Source of the DNA: Acidimicrobiales bacterium
Lineage (GTDB): Bacteria; Actinomycetota; Acidimicrobiia; Acidimicrobiales; CAIXPF01
Length of the DNA: 64,000 nt
Direction: 5' to 3'
NCBI GenBank assembly: GCA_046155365.1
Contig: JBJXFH010000068.1
Coordinates: forward strand, 8,921-72,920
Each line of letters opens with the position of its first letter. The stretch's first letter is position 1. The notes below the pieces were generated by a model. It had not been told where the DNA came from, did no database searches, and worked only from the letters and a program-made list of their open reading frames with translations. Made by a program: the position numbers and the translations under genes. This document shows, one piece after another, positions 48,186 through 58,019 of the stretch.

Positions 48186-48397
48186 CGGTCTGTCCCACAA
48201 AGGACCGCACCCCTCGAAAAGGCCACGTACCGTGAGATCGCGGCGTCGCCGAGCCCGGCGCGGCCCAGCGTGAACCCGAAACGGTGCTGTCCGGGAGTGG
48301 TTTCCCCCTGGGCGACTTCACGGCGGGGACAACCACGCCTTCGTCGGTACCAGCCGGAGGGGGCTCGCCTCATTGGGCTCACGGCAGCCGGGCGGAG

Positions 48398-48594
48398 GCG
48401 CTCGGGCGGGGCCCCAACGGCTTTATTAAACGGGGGGCTGCGCCCCCCGACGGCGCCAGAGCGCCTCCCCCCATCAAGCGACAATCACCCGGCGAAACTT
48501 CGGTCGCCTGGCGGCTCCCTTACGGCGCTCGGGCGGGGCCCCAACCCCACCCTCGGAAAAGGCAGACGCGCGTGGCCGGGGCGCGTGCGGGTGG
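48398..48594. repeat. About 200-bp REP-like direct repeat, copy 2
   Basis: See copy 1; includes a GGGGGGCTGCGCCCCCC hairpin. Confidence 0.9.
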
Positions 48595-48630
48595 GGACGT
48601 GACGGCAACGGGGAAGGCGGGAGGCGGGAG

Positions 48631-49419
48631 TTAGTGGATGGGGCCGGTGGTTTGGCTGAGGTTGGGGGCGTTGCGGCCGGTGCGGGTGGCGATGATCTCG
48701 GCGCAAATGGAGACGGCGGTCTCTTCGGGGGTTCGGGCGCCGAGGTCCAGGCCTATCGGGGAGCGGACCCGGGCCAGTTCGTGGTCGGTGAGGCCCTCTT
48801 CTCGGAGACGGCGGGTGCGGTCCTCGTGGGTGCGGCGGCTGCCCATGGCACCGAGGTAACCGGCGTCGGTCTTGAGGGCCTCGATCACCGCGGGCACATC
48901 GAACTTGGGGTCATGGGTCAACACGCACACCGCATCCCGGGCGCCGAGGGTCTTGCCCACCCGTTGCAGCAGACGATGGGGCCAGTCGACCACGACCTCG
49001 TCGGCGGCGGGAAAGCGGGCGGCGGTGGCGAACACCGGACGGGCGTCACAGACCGTGACCCGGTAGCCCAGGATCTTGGCCACCCGGGCCAACGCCGCGG
49101 TGAAATCGACGGCGCCGAAAATCAGCATTTGGGGCGGCGGGGCGAAGCTCTCGATGAACACGCTGAGCACGTCCTCCCGGGCCTGGCCCTCGGCGCCGTA
49201 GTGGCGAACCAGGGTCTGGCCGGCGGCAAGTTCGCCCAGCACATCGCGCTCCGCCACCCGGTCGAGGTCGGCATGTCCCAGCGACCCAACGGTGGGGTGG
49301 CCCGGCCGAACCAGCAGCTTGAGGCCCACCCGGTCATCGGGGCCTTCGATGACCGTGGCCAACGCCACCGCCCGCTCGGCCCGGATGTCTTCGTTCAAGA
49401 GGTCGTAGATCGCGCTCAT
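48631..49419 (-). CDS. XdhC/CoxI family protein (C-terminal half)
   Basis: IFGAVDF, VCDARPVFAT, LTHDPKFD, YLGAMGSRR, SPIGLDLGARTPEETAVSI. Confidence 0.92.
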   Translation of the reverse strand: MSAIYDLLNEDIRAERAVALATVIEGPDDRVGLKLLVRPGHPTVGSLGHADLDRVAERDVLGELAAGQTLVRHYGAEGQAREDVLSVFIESFAPPPQMLIFGAVDFTAALARVAKILGYRVTVCDARPVFATAARFPAADEVVVDWPHRLLQRVGKTLGARDAVCVLTHDPKFDVPAVIEALKTDAGYLGAMGSRRTHEDRTRRLREEGLTDHELARVRSPIGLDLGARTPEETAVSICAEIIATRTGRNAPNLSQTTGPIH

Positions 49420-49426
49420 CGGTCAC

Positions 49427-49741
49427 TCACCAGTCGAGAGGCTCGATGAACAGGTGGATGGTCCCACCGCAGGTCAGTCCCACAGCGAAGGCCTCATCGT
49501 CGGAGAACCCATACGTCACCCGCCGACGTTGACCGGTCTCGATGATGTCGAGGGCCTCCGTCACCACCGCGCCCTCCACGCAGCCACCGGACACCGACCC
49601 GGTCACCTCGCCGTCCTCGTTCACCGCCATGGCCGACCCCGGCAGCCGGGGACCGGACCCCGACACGTCCACCACCCGGGCCACCGCGATGCGTTTGCCG
49701 GCAGCGCGCCAGCGGTCAAGGTCATCGAGGATCTCACGCAC
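49427..49741 (-). CDS. XdhC/CoxI family protein (N-terminal module)
   Basis: GSGPR.PG, GSVSGGCVEG, VGLTCGG. Confidence 0.92.
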   Translation of the reverse strand: MREILDDLDRWRAAGKRIAVARVVDVSGSGPRLPGSAMAVNEDGEVTGSVSGGCVEGAVVTEALDIIETGQRRRVTYGFSDDEAFAVGLTCGGTIHLFIEPLDW

Positions 49742-49815
49742 GGGAAAGCTCCAATCCGTCCGGGACGTGTTCAGTCATAGCTCGTCGTCCGCTTCTCGTG
49801 CACTCATGGGGGCGT

Positions 49816-50994
49816 TCATGCAGCGATCACCGTGGCCAACTCCTCCAACGAGGCCAGGGAATGACCCTCGATGAAACGATCAACATGGGGCAGGGCGGCC
49901 GCCATTCCCTGAGCCAGGGGGGCATAGCCGGGTGAGGCCTTCAGCGGGTTCACCCATACCACACGGTATGCAACGCGGTGGAGGCGGGCCATCTCGCGGC
50001 CGAGAAGTTCGGGTTCGCCACGATCCCAGCCGTCAGACAGGATGACCACGATGGCGCCGCGGGCCATGCCCCGGATGCCCCAGCGGTCATTGAAGATCTG
50101 CAACGCCTCACCCAAGCGGGTGCCGCCGGAGTAGTCCATGACCGCGCTCGCAGCCCGGCGCAAGGCGGCATCAGGGTCATGATTTTGCAGCTCACGGGTC
50201 ATGCGGGTGAGCCGGGTACCCATGGCGAAGGCCTCAACCTTGGTGCGGCCGACCACGGCGGCGTGCACGAAGCGCAGAAACGCCCGGGCGTAGGGCTCCA
50301 TGGACCCGCTGACGTCCAACAGCAGCACCAGGCGGCGGGGGCGGTGGCCGTGGGTGAGGTACTTGCGGACCATGGGCTCCCCCGAGGCCCGCAACGCGCC
50401 CCGGACGGTCCGGCGCAGATCCAGCCGGGTGACGTCGGAACCCTTGGCGGCCTTCCATCGGCGGGACCGGCGAGGGGATCCGACCAGGCGCAATTCGCTC
50501 ATCAGCCGGCGGGCCTCGTCCAATTCAGCGGTGCTGCACTGCGCGAAGTCCTTGTGGCGCAGGGTTTCCACGCCGGAGTACCGGACTTGCAACAGCAGCG
50601 AGTCCCGTTCGGGCACGTCCTCGCTCTGTGGCGGTGGCGGCTCCTCACCGTCGGGGTCATCGAAGGCCAGGATGATCTCCAGGTCCGGCACGGGGATGGT
50701 CAGCGATTCGCCTCGTTCCCCAGCGAAGTACGCCGCGAAGACCTTGTCGTAGGTGCCCACATCCTCCGGCCGGCGGATCAGCGTGGCCCGGCCGGCCCAG
50801 TACAACGCCGTCGCCCGGCTGACGTCGAGCTGACCGAGGGCCTGCAGGTAGGTGATGGCGCTGCCCAGAGCCACCCGCAGACCGGCCCGACGCAGCGCCT
50901 CCACGAAACCCACCGCCACCCGCTCGGCGGACACCGCGCCGTCAGACCCGATGGCCCCAGGCGCCGGGCGGTCAGACGCCGGACGGTCAGGCAC
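49816..50994 (-). CDS. coxE: VWA-domain CoxE-like protein
   Basis: LLDVSGSM, GTRLTR, GGTRLG, ILSDGWD, WVNP. Confidence 0.9.
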   Translation of the reverse strand: MPDRPASDRPAPGAIGSDGAVSAERVAVGFVEALRRAGLRVALGSAITYLQALGQLDVSRATALYWAGRATLIRRPEDVGTYDKVFAAYFAGERGESLTIPVPDLEIILAFDDPDGEEPPPPQSEDVPERDSLLLQVRYSGVETLRHKDFAQCSTAELDEARRLMSELRLVGSPRRSRRWKAAKGSDVTRLDLRRTVRGALRASGEPMVRKYLTHGHRPRRLVLLLDVSGSMEPYARAFLRFVHAAVVGRTKVEAFAMGTRLTRMTRELQNHDPDAALRRAASAVMDYSGGTRLGEALQIFNDRWGIRGMARGAIVVILSDGWDRGEPELLGREMARLHRVAYRVVWVNPLKASPGYAPLAQGMAAALPHVDRFIEGHSLASLEELATVIAA

Positions 50995-51955
50995 CGCGCT
51001 CGGTGGCCCGGGCCACCAGCTCATCGAGGCCGGCGGCGCGTACCCGTTCCTGATCCTCGCGGTACTTGAGGACGCTGCCGAGGGTCATATCCACCCGGGC
51101 GGCATCAAGACCGTCGGCGCCCATCAGGTCCAGGGCTTGGGCCCAGTCCAGGGTTTCGGCGATACCGGGCGGTTTGTACAGGCCCATGGCCCGCATGGCC
51201 TGGGTGGCTGCTGCCACCTGACGGGCCAACATCATCGGCACATCGGGGGCTTTGAGGGTGACGATCGCCACCTCACGCTCGAAGTCGGGGTGCTCCACCC
51301 AGTGGTAGAGACAACGCCGTTTGAGGGCATCGTGCACGTCACGGGTGCGGTTGGAGGTGACGATGCACAGCGGCGGCCGCTCCGCCCGGAACGTGCCGAC
51401 CTCGGGGACGGTCACCGCGTAGTCCGACAGGATCTCCAACAAGAAAGCCTCGAACTCATCATCGGCCCGGTCCACCTCATCCACCAGCAGCACCGGCGGC
51501 GGGCCCTCCCCGTAATCGACCGCCTGCAGCAGGGGCCGACGCACCAGGAACTGCTCCGAGTACAGCTCATCCTCAAGGGACTTGGCGTCAGTGGTGGTGG
51601 CCCGACCCACCGCCTCCGCGGTACGCAAATGCAGCAGCTGGCGGGCGTAATCCCATTCGTACACCGCTTGGGCGACATCAATGCCCTCGTAGCACTGCAG
51701 CCGGATCAGCTTGGCCCCCCGCCACCGGGCCAAGGCCTTGGCGACCTCGGTCTTGCCGACACCGGCCTCGCCCTCAAGCAGCAGCGGACGACGCAGCCGC
51801 ATGGATAAGAACACCGAGGTGGCCAGGCCTTCATCGGCCAGGTAGCCGTGGACCCGCAGGCCCTCAACGACCTCGTCCACATCAACGGGATCAGCCAAGC
51901 CGACCGACACGCCTGCCGATGATGGGATCGCCTGGGACGCACGTTGCTGCACCAC
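50987..51955 (-). CDS. coxD: MoxR-family AAA+ ATPase (CoxD-like)
   Basis: LLEGEAGVGKT, RLQCYEG, LVDEVDRAD, SNRTRDVHDALKRRC; start approximate. Confidence 0.92.
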   Translation of the reverse strand: MVQQRASQAIPSSAGVSVGLADPVDVDEVVEGLRVHGYLADEGLATSVFLSMRLRRPLLLEGEAGVGKTEVAKALARWRGAKLIRLQCYEGIDVAQAVYEWDYARQLLHLRTAEAVGRATTTDAKSLEDELYSEQFLVRRPLLQAVDYGEGPPPVLLVDEVDRADDEFEAFLLEILSDYAVTVPEVGTFRAERPPLCIVTSNRTRDVHDALKRRCLYHWVEHPDFEREVAIVTLKAPDVPMMLARQVAAATQAMRAMGLYKPPGIAETLDWAQALDLMGADGLDAARVDMTLGSVLKYREDQERVRAAGLDELVARATERGA

Positions 51956-52050
51956 GGAAGCGTAGGGGATCATCCCCGCCCAAACCGACCCTGCCCGAGC
52001 GGGCCCACCCCCACCTGTACGACGCGACGGGCCGGTGGGGCTACACCGGG

Positions 52051-52794
52051 CTACACCTCGTGATGGTAGGTCCGGTAGCCGCCATGGCCCTCGGCTTCGA
52101 TGCCCTCGAACGCCCCTGCTTCCAGCAATCGGGCGTGCAGTTCCCGGGCCAGTGACCGGTCGCATAACACCAAGAAGCTGGTGAGCAACGCCGCTTCGGC
52201 CGCCATCGGGTGCGGCCCTGCACCCACCTGTTCAGGGAGCAGATCATCACGCACCACGATGCAGCGCACGGTGGACAGCGTGGCCGTGAGCACCGAGCCA
52301 TCGTGCAGATCAAACCCGGCGAGGTGGTGGTCATCAAGCCCGCACAGCACCGTGGCGGCCGACTCGCCGCTGAGACGGAACGCCGCCAAACCGGAGGAAC
52401 GATCCACCAGCAACAGGTCGGGGCCGGCGAGCTGTCGCAGTTGCTCCGCCAGGCGCGCCCCGCTGCCGGAGGCCAGGGCCAGCCATTCCCCGGGGGTCAA
52501 ACCGGCCACCAGCAGCCCGTCCGAGAACAGCTCGGACTGGCCCGGTCCCACGCCCAGCACGTTGGCGAACTGACCGTCGGGGGGCGCCAGCATGACCACC
52601 TTGGCGCAGGGATTGGCGTCACTCAGCCGCAGCGGGGCGTTGACCGCCCGGTCTGAGACCAACCACGCACCGTCGGGGCCGTCCAGCACCCGGCGGTGGT
52701 CATCGGCCGGGGCGCCGAGGGGGCCCACCCGCAGCGCCACGCCGGGCCGGGGCAGGGTGTTGGCCAGGGTTGGGGGCATCGATCCGTGGTTCAT
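52051..52794 (-). CDS. Divergent sarcosine oxidase gamma-subunit-like protein
   Basis: LTPGEWL, VDRSSG.AAFRLSG..A..VL, LCDRSLA..L..RLLEAG; follows the alpha-like gene. Confidence 0.6.
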   Translation of the reverse strand: MNHGSMPPTLANTLPRPGVALRVGPLGAPADDHRRVLDGPDGAWLVSDRAVNAPLRLSDANPCAKVVMLAPPDGQFANVLGVGPGQSELFSDGLLVAGLTPGEWLALASGSGARLAEQLRQLAGPDLLLVDRSSGLAAFRLSGESAATVLCGLDDHHLAGFDLHDGSVLTATLSTVRCIVVRDDLLPEQVGAGPHPMAAEAALLTSFLVLCDRSLARELHARLLEAGAFEGIEAEGHGGYRTYHHEV

Positions 52795-55445
52795 GGCGCA
52801 CCGATCCCCATGGTCCCGGACGCGGATGCGGATGCGGTCGCCGAGCCCCCCGGGTCCGAACCGGGCGCTGAACCCGCAGCCAAATGGACCTGGGCGCCGT
52901 AGGGAGCCGGTTCCCCCGAGACCGTGACCAACGATCTGCCCGGTTGGAGTCGCAACTCGATCGGCTCGTCCGGCGGTGGCCAGGAACTGTCCAGTCCGTC
53001 CAGATCGATGAGGGACGCGGCTCGGTCCAATCGGTACCCGTCGGGGCGGTCGAAGGCGTCGGTGGCGTCCACCCCCACCGCCCGCAGACCGAAGCGATCG
53101 CCCAACGCCAACAGCTCAGTCCACAGCGCCAGCGCCAACTCCGCGGGAACCTGCAGCTCACACTCCTCGTTGGAGCGCAGCAGCGCCCAGGCCTCGACGG
53201 CGCCCACCTGCACCCGCTGGCGTCGACCGACCACGGCGTCAAGGTTCAAGGCTTGTACCAACTCCCAGGTGGCAGCGCCGATCAGCCGCATCCGACCGAG
53301 ATCTTCATGCCTATCCGCCACGTGCACCTCCCACGGCACTCTGTCGAGGCAGGCGGTGTGCAGCGCCGCGGCCAGCGCCGTGGCCAGGCCGGTGGGTGCG
53401 CTGATCTGCCAGCAGCAGGGGCCGGTCCGCACCCGTCGGTACGGGCCGTGCTCAACCAGACCATCCAGCCGGTCCAACGCCACGTCCGCTCCGAGGGCCT
53501 CGGTCATCACCGCGGCGGCGGCGGGGCCACTCACCTCGAAACAGGCTCGTGGGCCCAGATCCTGCAAGCCGACCCCGGTGGCCAGGACGTTCGTCTCGGC
53601 TTCGGCGTCGTGGTACTGCAGCACCTCGATCCAGCCCTCACAGCGACCCAGCACCGCCCCCGCGGCCCGGTGCCATTCCACCAACGCCGAGGCTCGCAGC
53701 GACGGCTGATGCAACGCCGATAGTCCGCCCAAGGTGGGGCCGTCGAGGGGGCCGTCGAACTGCAGCGTGAGATCTACCACCGGCTTGGACTCAGCGCCGG
53801 ACGCGGCCAGATCCGCCAGCACCAACCGGGCCGCGGGGCTCAGCCCGGGACGGCGGGCGGCCCGCACCACCAGGATCTCGGTGGCCGCAGGGCTGGACCC
53901 GGCGAAACCGTCGATACCGTCCACCATCAAGTCGGTGGTGGCGTCTAGCAGACCGCTGACCGGCCGCGCCACGCTGGGATCGGTCCCGGTGAACACCAAC
54001 GGCGGGGCGGGTGGGGTGGAACGTACGGTGGAACGGGCCGTCTGTGGCCGTGAGGCACCGATCCGGGTTCGGGACAGGCCACCTCGACCCTGTCGCAGGG
54101 CCCGAACCGCGGCTCGACGACCGCCTTGTGCGGCCCGGGCCTCGCGTCGGCGCCATTGCCCGGACAGGGTTTCCTCGGCTCCCAACGAGGCGGACCGCAA
54201 CGTCCCATGACCGCCCACCATGGAACCCACCACGGTGCAGCTCGCCGGTATCCGGTCCACCACCAGCTCATGGGTCCCGGAGCGGGTGACCACGGCGCCG
54301 AGGCCCTGCAACAGGGCGGTGTCCACCCCGGTGCCGAAGGACGTGATCAACAGATCGGCCTGCACCACTCGTCCGCTGGGCAGCACCACTTCTTCCACCC
54401 CCAGCTGGCCCCGGGCCTGGAGATGGCCGGCGGCACTGCCCACCACGGTCACCCCAGCGATGTCCACGCCCACGTCCGCCAGATCGTTGGCCAGGGTCGT
54501 GGTGGCGTCCGCGGAGCGCTCGTCGCAGGCCAACAACGCCCGCTGCCCTGGCCGTACCGCCCACAGTTCCACCAGCCTCCGGGTAGCCGTGGGCGCCATC
54601 ACCCCGGGCAGGTGCGAACCGCTGAACGGCACCGATCGGGGCAGCAACCCGCAGGCCAAGACCACCGCCGGCGCCCGTAGCACCCACACCCGCTCCCGCA
54701 CCGGGCTGCGTTCCACCACGGTCACCGAGCTATCGACCCCGGCTTCAACCGCGGTGGCCGAACTGAGCACGGCGATGCCCGGATGATCCCTGATGATGGC
54801 TTCCAGTTCCGCCATGTGCTGTTGGCGTTCGGCAACGGCGGACCAGCGGGCCGAACCACCCAACCACGGATCGGCTTCCACCAAGACCACGTCGGCGCCC
54901 GCATCAGCCGCGGCGCGCGCCGCGGCCATGCCGGCAATGCCGCCACCCACCACCACCACGTCAGCGTGCATACGGCCGCCCACCAGGACCGTTGCCCGGC
55001 TACTGACCCGACGCAACGCCGCCAGCCAGGCCGGGGTCAGCGGCGCCCCGGGAAGGCTCTGGCGATCCACCGCGGAACGGCTGGCGACGGGCCAGCGCAC
55101 GATGGGACTACGGGCGGAAGGGGTGGACGCCCGACGTTGGTAACCGGAGAGCCGATCCCCGTCCCGCAGACGGTGGGAACCGGCGGGCACCAGGCCCTCC
55201 CCATCCACCCAGACCCAGGCGTCACGGTCCAGCGTCCCCGCAGTTCGGACACCGCCGGGGCGTGATTCGCGCACGCTGCCGAAGAACGTCCGAACTCCGT
55301 GGGCCCCGAGCAGTGACACCGCGGTGTCCCCGGCGAACCCGCGCAACGTCTGGCCGTCGAGCTCCACGGACAGGATCTCGTTTCGGTTGAGCACCTCGGC
55401 CGGGCGGGGATCGAGCCGCCAGCGGATCTGATCGATTGCGCTCAC
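52791..55445 (-). CDS. Divergent sarcosine oxidase alpha-subunit-like protein
   Basis: DG..GFAGDT..S.L.A.GV N-terminus, DVVVVGGGIAGMAAA..GADVVLVE, LPGVM, and a GcvT-like C-terminus (GVGLQDLG..FEVSGP, G..FGLRAVG). Confidence 0.7.
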   Translation of the reverse strand: MSAIDQIRWRLDPRPAEVLNRNEILSVELDGQTLRGFAGDTAVSLLGAHGVRTFFGSVRESRPGGVRTAGTLDRDAWVWVDGEGLVPAGSHRLRDGDRLSGYQRRASTPSARSPIVRWPVASRSAVDRQSLPGAPLTPAWLAALRRVSSRATVLVGGRMHADVVVVGGGIAGMAAARAAADAGADVVLVEADPWLGGSARWSAVAERQQHMAELEAIIRDHPGIAVLSSATAVEAGVDSSVTVVERSPVRERVWVLRAPAVVLACGLLPRSVPFSGSHLPGVMAPTATRRLVELWAVRPGQRALLACDERSADATTTLANDLADVGVDIAGVTVVGSAAGHLQARGQLGVEEVVLPSGRVVQADLLITSFGTGVDTALLQGLGAVVTRSGTHELVVDRIPASCTVVGSMVGGHGTLRSASLGAEETLSGQWRRREARAAQGGRRAAVRALRQGRGGLSRTRIGASRPQTARSTVRSTPPAPPLVFTGTDPSVARPVSGLLDATTDLMVDGIDGFAGSSPAATEILVVRAARRPGLSPAARLVLADLAASGAESKPVVDLTLQFDGPLDGPTLGGLSALHQPSLRASALVEWHRAAGAVLGRCEGWIEVLQYHDAEAETNVLATGVGLQDLGPRACFEVSGPAAAAVMTEALGADVALDRLDGLVEHGPYRRVRTGPCCWQISAPTGLATALAAALHTACLDRVPWEVHVADRHEDLGRMRLIGAATWELVQALNLDAVVGRRQRVQVGAVEAWALLRSNEECELQVPAELALALWTELLALGDRFGLRAVGVDATDAFDRPDGYRLDRAASLIDLDGLDSSWPPPDEPIELRLQPGRSLVTVSGEPAPYGAQVHLAAGSAPGSDPGGSATASASASGTMGIGAP

Positions 55446-56881
55446 CGCAACCCCGCTCGGGCACCGACGAGTTCCGGAACCCGCAGGCTGCCAGCGGAAC
55501 GGGCCGCGGATTGCGGGCCCGGGGTTGCTTCGACCACCGGCCGACCACACCCTCCGGTATGGATCACCCGCCCGGCCAGCAGCCGGTACTCACCGGCGGG
55601 CCGTTCTCCGCAGTGGTCACACCACCACCCGCCGTGGGCTGGATCCAGGGCGCTGAACCCGGGCCGGAATCGCGTCGGCGCGCACATCGACAGCTCCCGG
55701 GCGAAACTCGCCGGGCCGGAAAAACTCGGGCCGGAAAAGTTCGTCACCGATGCCGCCGGTGCGCCCCACAGCACCGCGGCAATCTGCTCGGCAACCGCCT
55801 CGGCCATGACTGGCAACAGGTCCAGATGGTGGATTCCGGTGGCCCCCACCGCCCAGAAGCCGTCCCGGACCTGGCCCAGCACCGGGGCCCCGTCGGGGCT
55901 GATGGCGCCGTGTTGGGGCCGGCAACTGACGATGGGCGCGGAGGCCAGCTTGGGTAGGGCCTCCACCACCGCGGCCACCCCGGCGGCAGCGCCTTGCAGC
56001 CCGGCGGCGCCCGGTCCCGATGAGGGCACGTCCAGGTCCAGTTCCCCGCTGGGTCGCTGGGTGACCACCACGTCGCCCACGCTCACGCAGACCGGCAGCA
56101 TCGGCGCCAGGGCCGAGGTGGTCAGTTGGTAGCCCACAACCCCGCCCCGCACCTGACCCAACCCACAGGCCCGGGCCAGGGCCAGATCGGAGGTGGTATC
56201 CACGATCATGCGGGCGAAGCTGCTGCCGGCGGTGGTCCGCAACTCGAAACCGTCCCGGGCTGCGGTCAACTGCAACACCGCAGCCCGGTCCACGGCGGAC
56301 ACCCCGTTGGCGACGGCGGCTTCGGCCAAGCGGAACACCAGATCAGGCAGTTGCATGGTGGCGGCCAAGGGCTCGTACCAGGCCTCGAGGCACTCAATGT
56401 GGCTGTGACCTTCAAGGATCTCGCCCCGCTCACTGGGGCCCACGACACGGCAGGACCCAACGCCGGCGGCGGCCAGACGCAGGGCCTGGCGACCTTCCAG
56501 CGTGGTGGCCAGCGCCAGATGACCGCCGTCAACCCGCGCCGGTTCCAGATCCAGCTCATCCGCCCAGGCCCGATAGCGGTGACCGACACCGGCGGCCAAA
56601 CGGCCCACCGCGGCGTCGATTCGAAGGTCGTGCAGCCGGGCCACGTTGTCCGGATGCCAATCCTGTCCCAACAACCGCGGGGCCAGCACCGTGATGCGGG
56701 GCCCGTTCGGTTCGGGGGTTCCGAGGCGTCGGGTCAGCGCCCAGGCGACCGCCGCGGCCATAGCACCGCCGCCGACCACGGCCACGTCGTAGTAGGACCC
56801 CAACAAATCGGGTCTCCAACCACCGGCCCGACGCGCTGCGCGCGCCGTCTTCCGTCCCTGGGACACCACGCCATCTCCCAC
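55442..56881 (-). CDS. Divergent sarcosine oxidase beta-like FAD protein fused to a delta-like Zn module
   Basis: YDVAVVGGG, SPDGAPVLG, P.RF; C-terminal CDHCGER..EY..HTGGC. Confidence 0.65.
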   Translation of the reverse strand: MGDGVVSQGRKTARAARRAGGWRPDLLGSYYDVAVVGGGAMAAAVAWALTRRLGTPEPNGPRITVLAPRLLGQDWHPDNVARLHDLRIDAAVGRLAAGVGHRYRAWADELDLEPARVDGGHLALATTLEGRQALRLAAAGVGSCRVVGPSERGEILEGHSHIECLEAWYEPLAATMQLPDLVFRLAEAAVANGVSAVDRAAVLQLTAARDGFELRTTAGSSFARMIVDTTSDLALARACGLGQVRGGVVGYQLTTSALAPMLPVCVSVGDVVVTQRPSGELDLDVPSSGPGAAGLQGAAAGVAAVVEALPKLASAPIVSCRPQHGAISPDGAPVLGQVRDGFWAVGATGIHHLDLLPVMAEAVAEQIAAVLWGAPAASVTNFSGPSFSGPASFARELSMCAPTRFRPGFSALDPAHGGWWCDHCGERPAGEYRLLAGRVIHTGGCGRPVVEATPGPQSAARSAGSLRVPELVGARAGLR

Positions 56882-57190
56882 ACGTACCTATTCACGGTCG
56901 AGACGTAGGACGCCCCGACCGGACTTTCTGACCGACGCGCCATCAGGTGGTGACGAGACGATCACCGATCGGTGTCCGCCCGACCGTACTTGCTTGGGGT
57001 CATCCGCCGGATGGATCCCCTGGCGCCTCCCTATCGGAGTGCACGCCGGCCGAAAAGTTCGGGCATTAATGCCTGACCCCTCGGCTGTGGGGCGCGGGTT
57101 GCGCCGCGCCCGTCGATCGCGAACATCGAGCTGGCCGCCGCCAGCACCGATGTCACGATCAGCTTCATTGCGATTCGGTCCGGGACCGGC

Positions 57191-58012
57191 TTAAACGCCG
57201 GCGGCCTCGAGGGCCCGTCGTACCAGAACCTTGGCCAGGTGACGGCGGTAGTCCGGGCTGGCGTTGAGGTCACTGGGCGGCTCGGTGCCGTCCGCGGCGT
57301 GCTCGGCCGCCTCTTTGGCGGAGGCGCCCTGGGCAACCGCGGCCTCCACGGCAGCGGCCCTCAGCGGGGTGGACCCCATGTTGACCAGCGCCACGCCCAC
57401 GGTGCCGTTACGCACCACCGAGGCGCCGACAATGGCCCAATCCTGGGCCCGACGATTGAACTTCTGGAAGCCCCAACCGGCACCGGCCGCCTTGGGCACC
57501 CGGATCTCGGTCAGCAGTTCATCCGCGGCCAAGGCGCTCTCCAAGAAGCCCTGGTAGAAGTCGGTGGAAGCGATGGTGCGCTCCCCGCCGGGCCCCTTGG
57601 CAACGAAGGTGGCGCCCAAGGCCAGCAGCGTGGCGGGCAGGTCCGAGGCCGGATCGGCGTGCGCCACCGAGCCGCCGATGGTGCCGCGATGGCGGACCTG
57701 GTTGTCACCCACGTTGGAAGCGGTGTGGGCCAACAGCGGGATCTGCGCTGCCAGCAGCTCGCTGGTCTCCACATCACGGTGACGGGTCAGGGCCCCGATG
57801 GCCACGTGATCGCCGGCATCTCGGATGTAGGACAGGTCGGTGAGCCGGCCCACGTCGATCAACACCGACGGGGTGGCCAAACGGAGCTTCATGAGCGGCA
57901 GCAGCGAATGCCCGCCAGCGAGGAGCTTGGCCTCATCACCGTGCTCGGTGAGCAGCGAGATCGCCTCCTCGGCCGAGGTGGCACGCTTGTAATCGAATGC
58001 AACGGGGATCAT
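57191..58012 (-). CDS. coxM: Xanthine/CO dehydrogenase family FAD-binding medium subunit
   Basis: MIP.AFDY.R, LAGGHSLLPLMKLRLA, QVRHRGTIGGS.AHADP. Confidence 0.93.
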   Translation of the reverse strand: MIPVAFDYKRATSAEEAISLLTEHGDEAKLLAGGHSLLPLMKLRLATPSVLIDVGRLTDLSYIRDAGDHVAIGALTRHRDVETSELLAAQIPLLAHTASNVGDNQVRHRGTIGGSVAHADPASDLPATLLALGATFVAKGPGGERTIASTDFYQGFLESALAADELLTEIRVPKAAGAGWGFQKFNRRAQDWAIVGASVVRNGTVGVALVNMGSTPLRAAAVEAAVAQGASAKEAAEHAADGTEPPSDLNASPDYRRHLAKVLVRRALEAAGV

Positions 58013-58019
58013 GGCGTCC

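Noticed and set aside
47608-48594. CRISPR array
   Set aside because: Repeats are 50-200 bp, irregularly spaced and lack unique equal-length spacers.
56882-57190. Glycine or other riboswitch in the 310-bp leader of the sox-like operon
   Set aside because: Only small hairpins; no recognisable aptamer consensus.
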